NCBI GenBank assembly: GCA_040905465.1 | Contig: JBBDRK010000029.1 | Coordinates: 30,685 to 56,799 of the forward strand | Reading direction: 5' to 3' | DNA from: Trueperaceae bacterium | GTDB taxonomy: Bacteria > Deinococcota > Deinococci > Deinococcales > Trueperaceae | DNA: 26,115 nt | Shown: positions 17,462-24,637 of the stretch, in pieces | Layout: each line of letters starts with the position of its first letter | Position numbering within the stretch: the stretch's first letter is position 1 | Position numbers and translations under genes: made by a program | Notes under the pieces: model-generated | The model's input: the letters and a program-made list of their open reading frames with translations, nothing else | The model's database searches: none | Told to the model about the DNA's origin: nothing

Positions 17462-18763
17462 ATGACGCTGCGGCTGCGGCTCGTGCTTACGTTCGGCCTG
17501 ATGGCGTTGCTCATCGCCGCCCTCTACGGCGGCCTGACCTACGTCCTGTACCAGCGTCAGCAGTGGTCGCAGTTGGAGAGCCTGCTGAACCGTGAGTTGG
17601 AACGCATGGAGGGGGCGCTGAGCAATCGCGAGCTCGGCGTGCCCTTCTTCGAGACCGAGCGCGGCGGAACGATAGTCCAGCTCGTCACAAACGGCCGCGT
17701 GGTGCTTCCTCGACCGGCCAGCGCCGTGCTGCCGGCGACCGAGGAGCTGGAGGTCGTGTCCTTCGACGGCCGGCGATACATGTCGGCGCTGCGCCCGCTG
17801 GCGGGGGGATCGAGCGTTCGTGTCGGCCTCGACGTCACCAGCGAAGTGCAGGCCGGCTACGCACTTGCCCGGCAACTCGTCTGGCTGGGCCTCCTGCTGG
17901 CGCTCCTGGCGGCCCTGACAGTCGCGATCCTGGCCCGCCGCACGCTGGCGCCCTTGACGTCGGTCGCCCGCCAGGCGCGCAGCGTGGATCCTTCCAGCCC
18001 GGCGCCCGTGGAGTATCACGGCCCCAACGACGAGGTCTGGGAGGTTGTGTCGGCGCTCAACGCTGCGCTCGAGAACATCCGGCAACGCCGCCAGGAGGAG
18101 AGATCGTTCCTGTCGGAGGTCGCCCACGAACTGGCCGCGCCGTTGACGCTCGTCAAGGGCCACCTCGACGCTTACGAGCGACACGGCTCGAGCACGGCGA
18201 ATGGCGCCGCGGGAAGCGATTCCGGCGGAGCGGAGCATCTGCAGGCCGCTCGCGAAGCAGCTCAGGAGTTGCTGCTCACCTCCCAGGACCTGCTTGCCGT
18301 CGCCCGAGGCGAACTCGACCGCGCGGTGCACAACGAGGTCTTCAGTCTCGACGAGCTTCTGGCTCGCCTCACCAGGGCTTACCCCGGGATACGGCTGCAC
18401 GCTGACGGCCCGGTCCGGGTAGTCGGCGACAGTCACCAACTGCTGCAGGCGATCCGCAACCTCGTGCGAAACGCGGTCCAGGCTTCCGGCGGGACGGAAG
18501 GCGTGACGGTCGACCTCACCACGGAGGGCGAGAGCGTAGTGCTGCGGGTACGCGACAGCGGGCCGGGCATCCCGCCGGAGCGGCTTGAGCGGATATTCGA
18601 ACGCTACTTCAGCGGCAGCAGCGGTGCCGGCGTCGGCCTCACAGTGGTCAGCCGGATAGTGGAGCAGCACGGCGGCGAGCTGCGCGTGGAAACGACTTCG
18701 GCCGGGAGCTGCTTCACGGTGACGCTGCCCAGTTTCGCCGCTCAGCTCGCCACCTCACCCTGA
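17462..18763 (+). CDS. Sensor histidine kinase (2 TM, HAMP, HisKA, HATPase_c)
   Basis: Two TM helices, HAMP, H-box VAHELAAPL, N-box NLVRNAVQA, G1 VRDSGPGIP, F-box IFERYF, G2 GAGVGL. Confidence 0.93.
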   Translation: MTLRLRLVLTFGLMALLIAALYGGLTYVLYQRQQWSQLESLLNRELERMEGALSNRELGVPFFETERGGTIVQLVTNGRVVLPRPASAVLPATEELEVVSFDGRRYMSALRPLAGGSSVRVGLDVTSEVQAGYALARQLVWLGLLLALLAALTVAILARRTLAPLTSVARQARSVDPSSPAPVEYHGPNDEVWEVVSALNAALENIRQRRQEERSFLSEVAHELAAPLTLVKGHLDAYERHGSSTANGAAGSDSGGAEHLQAAREAAQELLLTSQDLLAVARGELDRAVHNEVFSLDELLARLTRAYPGIRLHADGPVRVVGDSHQLLQAIRNLVRNAVQASGGTEGVTVDLTTEGESVVLRVRDSGPGIPPERLERIFERYFSGSSGAGVGLTVVSRIVEQHGGELRVETTSAGSCFTVTLPSFAAQLATSP

Positions 18764-18785
18764 CCTCCGAGACCCGACGCGCTCC

Positions 18786-19787
18786 TCAGTAGTAGACCGT
18801 GCGGGTACGGTGTTTGCTCCCCCCTCGGTAGCGCTCGGCCTGGCCACGGTTCCACAGATGCAGGTCGAGCAGGCGCGCGCTCGTTCGCTCCCCGCTCGCC
18901 CGAAGCCCGGCGACCATCTGTTCCACCGCGTGCAGCGCCACCGCCCGGATCTCCACCTCCTCGACCGAGCCGGCCGGCAGCAACTCCCCGCGCTCGAGCC
19001 GTTGCGCAAGCGAAGGGGCGTATTCTAGCAGGCCTTCCAGCCGCAGCACGTGCGGAACCAGGTTGTCGGCGAATATCGTCAACCGTTCCAGGTCGTGGAA
19101 CTCCCCACGGGGGCGACCGGCGAGCGCCAGGGCCAGGTCCGAAGGCGTTATCTGGGCGCGCTTGAGAATCGGCACGTCGCGGCCGCGGTAACGAGCCACG
19201 TCGCGGAAGTACGGCATCGCGGTGAGCAAGCCAGCCAGCCGCTCCGCCGAACCGGCGGCAGCGTCCAGCAGTTTGGTGAACGATCCCCGGAAGCGCTGGT
19301 CGAGAAAGGCGCCGAGGTCGTTGAGCGCCCGCGTGAAGTGAAGGACGAGCTCGCTGCGCACCGCGTCGCCCGGCCCCTGGCCGAACAGACCGGCCACGTC
19401 ATCCGGGACCAGCCGCTCCAGCTCGCGGGCGCTGAAAGGCCCGTGGCGCTCGAAACGCTCTTTGAGCGCCAGCGCCACCGTGAAGTATCCCGACAGGCCG
19501 GAGCGCTTCTGCAGGTGCGGGAAGTAGCCCGAACCGAAGTTGACCGAGTCGAGCGTGAAGACGTATGCGGCCGTCTCCTCATCTGCGCCGCTGAAATGGG
19601 TGGCCCGGTCCCACTCGACCTCCGCCGAGCCCACCCGGTCCTCAGCCAGTAGCTCGCGTGCATGCGACGCGGGGTCTCCGACGATGCGCACGAACTCCGC
19701 CCGACCGGCCACCCATGCGCACGCCTCGCGCACTTCGGCCAGCAGGGGCGGCGCCTGAGCGTCAGACTCGGTCGCGGACCCCGGCAG
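18786..19787 (-). CDS. Queuosine-salvage (DUF2419/Qng1-like) N-glycosylase homologue; start uncertain (CTG 19787 or GTG 19733)
   Basis: FTLDSVNF, SGYFTVA, MPYFRDV, LKRAQI, LTIFADNLVPHVLR, EEVEIRA, LDLHLWNRGQ, HRTRTVYY match the family pattern. The ORF-track extension to 20030 overlaps another gene. Confidence 0.85.
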   Translation of the reverse strand: MPGSATESDAQAPPLLAEVREACAWVAGRAEFVRIVGDPASHARELLAEDRVGSAEVEWDRATHFSGADEETAAYVFTLDSVNFGSGYFPHLQKRSGLSGYFTVALALKERFERHGPFSARELERLVPDDVAGLFGQGPGDAVRSELVLHFTRALNDLGAFLDQRFRGSFTKLLDAAAGSAERLAGLLTAMPYFRDVARYRGRDVPILKRAQITPSDLALALAGRPRGEFHDLERLTIFADNLVPHVLRLEGLLEYAPSLAQRLERGELLPAGSVEEVEIRAVALHAVEQMVAGLRASGERTSARLLDLHLWNRGQAERYRGGSKHRTRTVYY

Positions 19788-19998
19788 CCTTCTCCTCCAT
19801 GTCGGCGCAATGCGCGCAGCAGTAGACGGTCGTGTCGACCTGCACGCCGTGGCCGATGACCCTGACGCCACAGTGGCCGCAGGTGGGCGCCAAGGCGTGA
19901 ATAGCGCACTCGAAGCAGTCGAAGATGTGGCTCTTCCCGTCCACCACGATCTCCAGTGGATGGTCGTAGCTGTTGCCGCAGGTCTCGCAGTGCCGCAT
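19762..19998 (-). CDS. Small Cys/His-rich metal-binding protein (78 aa; metallothionein-like, tandem TRASH/YHS-like fingers)
   Basis: 9 Cys in CETC...CFEC...CGHC...CCAHC; SD GGGAGG 7 nt before ATG 19998; TAGAAT -10 at 20058-20063. Confidence 0.8.
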   Translation of the reverse strand: MRHCETCGNSYDHPLEIVVDGKSHIFDCFECAIHALAPTCGHCGVRVIGHGVQVDTTVYCCAHCADMEEKAAGVRDRV

Positions 19999-20091
19999 GG
20001 TCCACCCTCCCGTTGCCACGCCCGCCGCACACCCGTGCGTCCAGGCAGGCGTGTCTCATTCTACTCGGCCGCTCCGTGCCGGGAGGGAGCC

Positions 20092-21249
20092 TCAGTAGCG
20101 GTAGATCGCCGCAACCTCGGAGTCGGAAGGAACCTGATCGGCCGGGACCGGGAAAACGGCCGCTCCGGTCCGCAAGGCCTCCACTGCGGCCCGGTCGAGA
20201 AGCTCCTCCGCGTCGGGCTCGGTGGCCTGCGTGTCGCGCACGGTTCGCGCCGTTGCGTCGTAAGTACCCCAACGCTGTCGGTCCAGCGCCACGAACAGGG
20301 TGTCTACCCGGCCGTCGGAGCCCGCGTTTATGACCTCCTCGAGATCGTCGCCGGTCGAACCGGTGCCGGCCAGTTCCCGATAGCGGGCCGCGGCGTCCCG
20401 GCGCGGCTGCTCGAAGCGCTCGTGCACGGCGCCCCAGGAATGCTTGCGGATGTCGTCCGGACCCCACTGATCGGGGTTGCCCTTCACCCAGTCGCCATCG
20501 AGCAGGTGCGGGTAGTGATTCGCCTCCACGTAGAGCGGATGGAGGTACTCCACCCCCATGAACAGCAACGGTAACTCACTGCCGGCGATGACTTCGCGCA
20601 CCCCGTTGTCGACCATGCGGAAGAACGTGAGTATCTCAGTCTTGCGATCCGGCTGCTCGGGTCCGGAGCCGTGGTAGCTGGCCTCGGGTTCCCGGCTGTC
20701 CCCACGACCGGTTATGTGGTGACGCACGGTCGAATCGGGATCATCGTCGGTGAAGCGCAGCGACTGCGCCAGGCTGCGCGGCGTGTTCTCGGGGAGCTCC
20801 ACCTCCTCCGCCCCGAGTCGGTCCACCTGGAAGAGTCGAGTCTTGCCGAGGCTCGCCGCCAGAACGTAATAGCTGTCCTGCTCATTGAGGAGGGGTATCA
20901 GCGGCTTCAGGTGATATCGCGGACCGATCACGCTCAGGTCCGGCAGATCGCGCTCCACCTTCACGCTGTGGTTCTCGCTTTCGGTCATGAACAGAGCCAG
21001 CCCGTCGAGCTGGTGCTGCCAGAAGTCGTAGTCATCCAGCAGGGTCAGTGCCGGTGCCAGCAAACGGTCGACATCGCGCGGGTCCCAGCCACGGCCGTCG
21101 AGTTGCTGCCTGACCTCGACGATCCGATTCTTCATGCGGATCGGGTTCTCGCGCGTGGGCTTGCCGGCCCGTTGCGTTGGCAGGTAGAACGATACCGCCA
21201 GGCCGTCCTTGGGCTCGCTCAGCGAAACCAGATCCTCGCGTGTGATCAC
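20092..21249 (-). CDS. Bacterial aeRF1-superfamily protein (baeRF7/baeRF3 type, Balon-like ribosome hibernation factor candidate)
   Basis: VSFYLPT, NPIRMKN, FWQHQLDGLALF, YHLKPL, FFRMVD, KGNP, GRVDTLFV, C-terminal VAAIYRY; no GGQ. SD GGGAGG before the GTG. Confidence 0.85.
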   Translation of the reverse strand: MITREDLVSLSEPKDGLAVSFYLPTQRAGKPTRENPIRMKNRIVEVRQQLDGRGWDPRDVDRLLAPALTLLDDYDFWQHQLDGLALFMTESENHSVKVERDLPDLSVIGPRYHLKPLIPLLNEQDSYYVLAASLGKTRLFQVDRLGAEEVELPENTPRSLAQSLRFTDDDPDSTVRHHITGRGDSREPEASYHGSGPEQPDRKTEILTFFRMVDNGVREVIAGSELPLLFMGVEYLHPLYVEANHYPHLLDGDWVKGNPDQWGPDDIRKHSWGAVHERFEQPRRDAAARYRELAGTGSTGDDLEEVINAGSDGRVDTLFVALDRQRWGTYDATARTVRDTQATEPDAEELLDRAAVEALRTGAAVFPVPADQVPSDSEVAAIYRY

Positions 21250-21253
21250 GGTT

Positions 21254-21300
21254 GCCTCCCTCGCTCACAACGTCGCACGTAGGCGTGGGAGGCGACTGTA
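21254..21300 (-). promoter_or_regulatory. Internal -10 (TACAGT) plus anti-SD/SD hairpin upstream of the baeRF gene
   Basis: On the minus strand, GCCTCCC (21293-21287) is complementary to the SD-containing GGGAGGC (21260-21254). TACAGT is at 21295-21300. Confidence 0.55.
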
Positions 21301-21332
21301 AGCCATGCGGAACAGGTTCCGCCGGCAGGTGT

Positions 21333-21917
21333 TCAGGACGGTCTTACCACGACCCGCCTGGCGCGGCCCTCGCCGCTCGACTCGGTCACCACGCCGGTCT
21401 CTTCGGCCAGCGCCATGTGGATTACCCGCCTCTCGGCGGCGCTCATCGGCTCGAGCTCCACCGGCTCCCCGCTCTTGCGTACCCGGTCGGCGATCTTCAG
21501 CGCCGTATCACGTAGCCGCTCGTCGCGCCGGCGCTTGTACCCGCCGACGTCGACGTTCACCCGAATGTTGGACCCCTCCTGGCGGTTTATCACCGCGTTG
21601 GTCAGGTATTCCAGGGCGGCAAGGGTACGGCCGTTGCGGCCGATGATCTTTCCGGGATCACCGCCGAAGATCTCTGCGTGTACCTCGTCTTCATCGTTCT
21701 GGACGACCTCTACCGCGTAAGAGGGGTCGAAGTTCAACAAGAGGTTCACCAGGAACGACTCGGTGCGATCGCGCGGATCGCCTTCCCCGGCGATGATGGC
21801 CGGAACCGACAGTGGCTCGTCCGTCTCGCGGGTCTCGGGGATCTGCGGTTCGGCCTCGTCCTCGTCGACACTGATTCCGATGTCTTCGAGGTACTTTTCC
21901 AGGTCGTTGTCAGCCAT
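21333..21917 (-). CDS. jag: Jag/EloR (KhpB) RNA-binding protein, KH + R3H, without a recognisable Jag_N domain
   Basis: GKIIGRNGRTLAALEYL (KH), LEPMSAAERRVIHMAL (R3H), TESSGEG; located after yidC. Alternative start GTG 21923. Confidence 0.93.
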   Translation of the reverse strand: MADNDLEKYLEDIGISVDEDEAEPQIPETRETDEPLSVPAIIAGEGDPRDRTESFLVNLLLNFDPSYAVEVVQNDEDEVHAEIFGGDPGKIIGRNGRTLAALEYLTNAVINRQEGSNIRVNVDVGGYKRRRDERLRDTALKIADRVRKSGEPVELEPMSAAERRVIHMALAEETGVVTESSGEGRARRVVVRPS

Positions 21918-21992
21918 GCTCACCCTCTGTCGCCTCTGCCTTGCGCTCGCGCGCTGATGTGCTCGCCACCGGTCGGACCGAAGTGCTCGGGA

Positions 21993-23603
21993 TCAACCCT
22001 TGCTCTTCTTGACCGGTACCGCCGCAGGCCGGTTTCGGCTGAGCAGCCAGTACTGGATTACCTGCACGAGCATCGACACTACGAAGTATAGAATCACGCC
22101 GGCCGGGAAACCAACCATGATGAAAACGAAGACGACGTTGATGAACAGTTGCTGACGGAATTGCGACTGGTTTCCACGAGTCGCGAAGTACGACTGTGCC
22201 ACCATCACGCCGACGTAGAGCGCCGGCAGGATGTAGAACGGGTCGGCCTGGCCCAGGTCGGGAATCCACACGAAACCTTCGTTGAACTCGAAGTTGACGA
22301 ACACGCGCCAGAGGATGATGAAGAGCGGCATCTGCAGCAGGATCGGCAGACAGCCCCCGGCGGGGTTCACCCCCGCTTCCCGATAGAGCTTCATCGTCTC
22401 CTGGGTGAGCTTCTCCTTGTCGTCCTTGTACTTCTTCTGAAGCGCCTGGATCTTCGGCTGAAGTTGCTGCATGCCGAACATCGACTTGGTCTGGGTAGCG
22501 ATGAGCGGCCAGATGAGCACTCGGAACAGCAACGTGAGGACGATGATCGACAGTCCCCAGGAGCCCACGTACTCGTGGATATAGCGCAGTACCCAGATGA
22601 TGCCCAGCGACATCCGACCGAGGATGTTGGCGTTGAACAGCCCGGGGAGATCGGCGTAGCCCTCCTGGGTGTAGCGCACCAACTCGTTCGGTCCGGTGTA
22701 TACGTCCAGCGCCAGTTGCGCTTCGCTGCCCGGCTCGCCAGGGAGCGGTCGCTGCATGGCCACCACGCCGCCCGGGAGCGCCTGCGCGGCCAGGTCGACG
22801 GCGGCCTCGTTGCTGGCCGACTGGGTCGCCTCGTCGAGGCTGAGCAGCGAGCGCTCGCCGGTTCCGGCTGGTCGCATCACCACGGCGTAGCCACTGTTGC
22901 GGTTGTTGGTCTGCAGCGAGGCGTAGCTCACGTCGGGCACTGATTGCGATACCGGGTTGGCGGTGAAGGTCGTGGACTGGCCGATCTTGATCGTCGGTTC
23001 GTCCTGGCGGGCGATGCCGTCGAAGGCAAACTGCAGCATCTGGCTGTCGTCGGACTGCTCGAGCCGCTCCGCCCTGACGGCGACCTTCAGCGTGTGGGTG
23101 ATGTTGCTGACGCGCACCACCCGCTCCACCTGGAGATCTCCCGCGCGATAGGTGAAGCGCCCCTCGAACTCGGTGTCGTCCACCCGCTGCCAACTGGCCT
23201 GGGCGTCTTCGACTTCGAGGTACTCACCGTCGGCCAGCAGCGCGCCGCCGGGGAAGCGGGCGTCGTCGGGGATGAGATTCTGCCCGCTGTCGATGCTGTA
23301 GCTGCCCAGGTTCTGGCCCTTTTGCTGCTTGGCGTACACGGCCAGGAGCTCACCGGCTTCGTTGAAGAAGTAGTCGGCTCCCTTGGTCGGGATGCGGGTG
23401 AGCGTGGTGCCCGCCTCGTCGCACCAGAACGAGGAAGCCGCCGGCGCGGAACATTCTTGCTGGACGTCACTGAAATCGCGAAACTCGCTCACGGCGAAGT
23501 CGTGGAGGGCAAACTCCACTCTCGCCCAGGCGGTCGGCAGGAGCAGTGCTACTGCGAGCGCGAGAAACAGGAATCTCGACTTCTTCGAGCTGGGGGTCTT
23601 CAA
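21993..23603 (-). CDS. yidC: Membrane protein insertase YidC (~536 aa)
   Basis: [59 protein letters not shown] start follows GGAGG and overlaps the yidD stop (TTGA). Confidence 0.95.
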   Translation of the reverse strand: MKTPSSKKSRFLFLALAVALLLPTAWARVEFALHDFAVSEFRDFSDVQQECSAPAASSFWCDEAGTTLTRIPTKGADYFFNEAGELLAVYAKQQKGQNLGSYSIDSGQNLIPDDARFPGGALLADGEYLEVEDAQASWQRVDDTEFEGRFTYRAGDLQVERVVRVSNITHTLKVAVRAERLEQSDDSQMLQFAFDGIARQDEPTIKIGQSTTFTANPVSQSVPDVSYASLQTNNRNSGYAVVMRPAGTGERSLLSLDEATQSASNEAAVDLAAQALPGGVVAMQRPLPGEPGSEAQLALDVYTGPNELVRYTQEGYADLPGLFNANILGRMSLGIIWVLRYIHEYVGSWGLSIIVLTLLFRVLIWPLIATQTKSMFGMQQLQPKIQALQKKYKDDKEKLTQETMKLYREAGVNPAGGCLPILLQMPLFIILWRVFVNFEFNEGFVWIPDLGQADPFYILPALYVGVMVAQSYFATRGNQSQFRQQLFINVVFVFIMVGFPAGVILYFVVSMLVQVIQYWLLSRNRPAAVPVKKSKG

Positions 23604-23893
23604 CTTTCCTCCGGGCGGGAGCCACTGGCGGGGCCCTGGCGGGAACTGGTCGGCGGCCGGGACTCGGCCGGAACCGGGTCGAGGCCGCCGGGATGGAACG
23701 GATGGCACTTGAGAACGCGGCGCAGCGCCAGATAAGAGCCACGTGCCGGTCCATGAGTGCGGATCGACTCGACTGCGTAGGCGCTGCAAGTCGGGTGGAA
23801 TCGGCAGCTAGGGCCGGGCTTCAGGGGCGAAACGAAACGTCGATAGAACAGCAGCGGTGCGATAAGGATTTCTTGAGTCAGTCGGACTATCAT
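23600..23893 (-). CDS. yidD: Membrane protein insertion efficiency factor YidD
   Basis: [37 protein letters not shown]. Confidence 0.95.
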   Translation of the reverse strand: MIVRLTQEILIAPLLFYRRFVSPLKPGPSCRFHPTCSAYAVESIRTHGPARGSYLALRRVLKCHPFHPGGLDPVPAESRPPTSSRQGPASGSRPEES

Positions 23894-23901
23894 GCCTGCG
23901 C

Positions 23902-24258
23902 TCACAGGACCTTGCCTCGCTCGAGGGCGCGCCGAAGCGCCGCGGCGAGCTGGCTGTAGGACGCTGCAGCCGCATCCGGTCTGGCTATGATCACGAGATC
24001 GAACGACGCCGCGCCGCGATGCTGGGCGCCCGCCGACACACCGCCCGCGAGCAGCTCCCTGAGCGCCTCGCGCAGCCTGCGCCTGACTCGGTTCCGGACA
24101 ACAGCCTTGCCGACCTTCTTGCTCACTACGATTCCGACCCTTACGTTTCCCTGACGATGTGGCCGCCAGCGTACGCTCAAAAGTCGCGCTCCGCCGGGAC
24201 GACCATGGCGGAGCCGCTGGAAGGCCCGATCCCCCTTGAGAGAAGCGATAACGGGCAT
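23902..24258 (-). CDS. rnpA: RNase P protein component (true start may lie upstream of rpmH)
   Basis: [35 protein letters not shown] (RNR motif); located between rpmH and yidD. Confidence 0.93.
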   Translation of the reverse strand: MPVIASLKGDRAFQRLRHGRPGGARLLSVRWRPHRQGNVRVGIVVSKKVGKAVVRNRVRRRLREALRELLAGGVSAGAQHRGAASFDLVIIARPDAAAASYSQLAAALRRALERGKVL

Positions 24259-24305
24259 CGGATCGGTGGGGCCCGGCGCGACGCCGGTTAAGGCCGTCTG
24301 GCCGC

Positions 24306-24452
<147 letters not shown>

Positions 24453-24575
24453 GATCGACTCCCTCCAGGATCGGGTCTGTTGGCATCATCGGCGGCGCCG
24501 CTCGAAGTGGGGACGTGATTGTCGGGGCGCTGCGCCGTCTCTTCGACTGTCGTGCTACCGGCAGTCAAGCCTTAG

Positions 24576-24584
24576 AACAATACC
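24576..24584 (-). promoter_or_regulatory. Putative extended -10 (TGgTATTGT) for the rpmH operon
   Basis: TG-n-TAnnnT ~125 nt upstream of the rpmH start, in the gatA-rpmH gap. Confidence 0.5.
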
Positions 24585-24637
24585 ACACCACCGCCGCGCC
24601 CGCGAGCGGTTGCGGAGCGAATTCCCCAGTGCAAGCG

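Noticed and set aside
16670-18670. 666-aa antisense ORF spanning the two-component pair
   Set aside because: Shadow frame of two GC-rich genes with no recognisable motifs. The same applies to most Arg/Pro/Ala-rich ORFs in the track.
19788-20030. N-terminal extension of the Qng1-like ORF to 414 aa
   Set aside because: It is an alternative frame of the Cys-rich gene, which has its own SD and coherent motifs.
20092-21249. Active peptide release factor
   Set aside because: No GGQ motif anywhere in the translation.
21307-21322. LexA (GAAC-N4-GTTC) box
   Set aside because: The spacer is 2 nt, not 4.
24453-24637. Possible oriC next to rpmH
   Set aside because: The upstream gene is gatA, not dnaA. 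I found no TTATCCACA-type boxes or AT-rich unwinding element.
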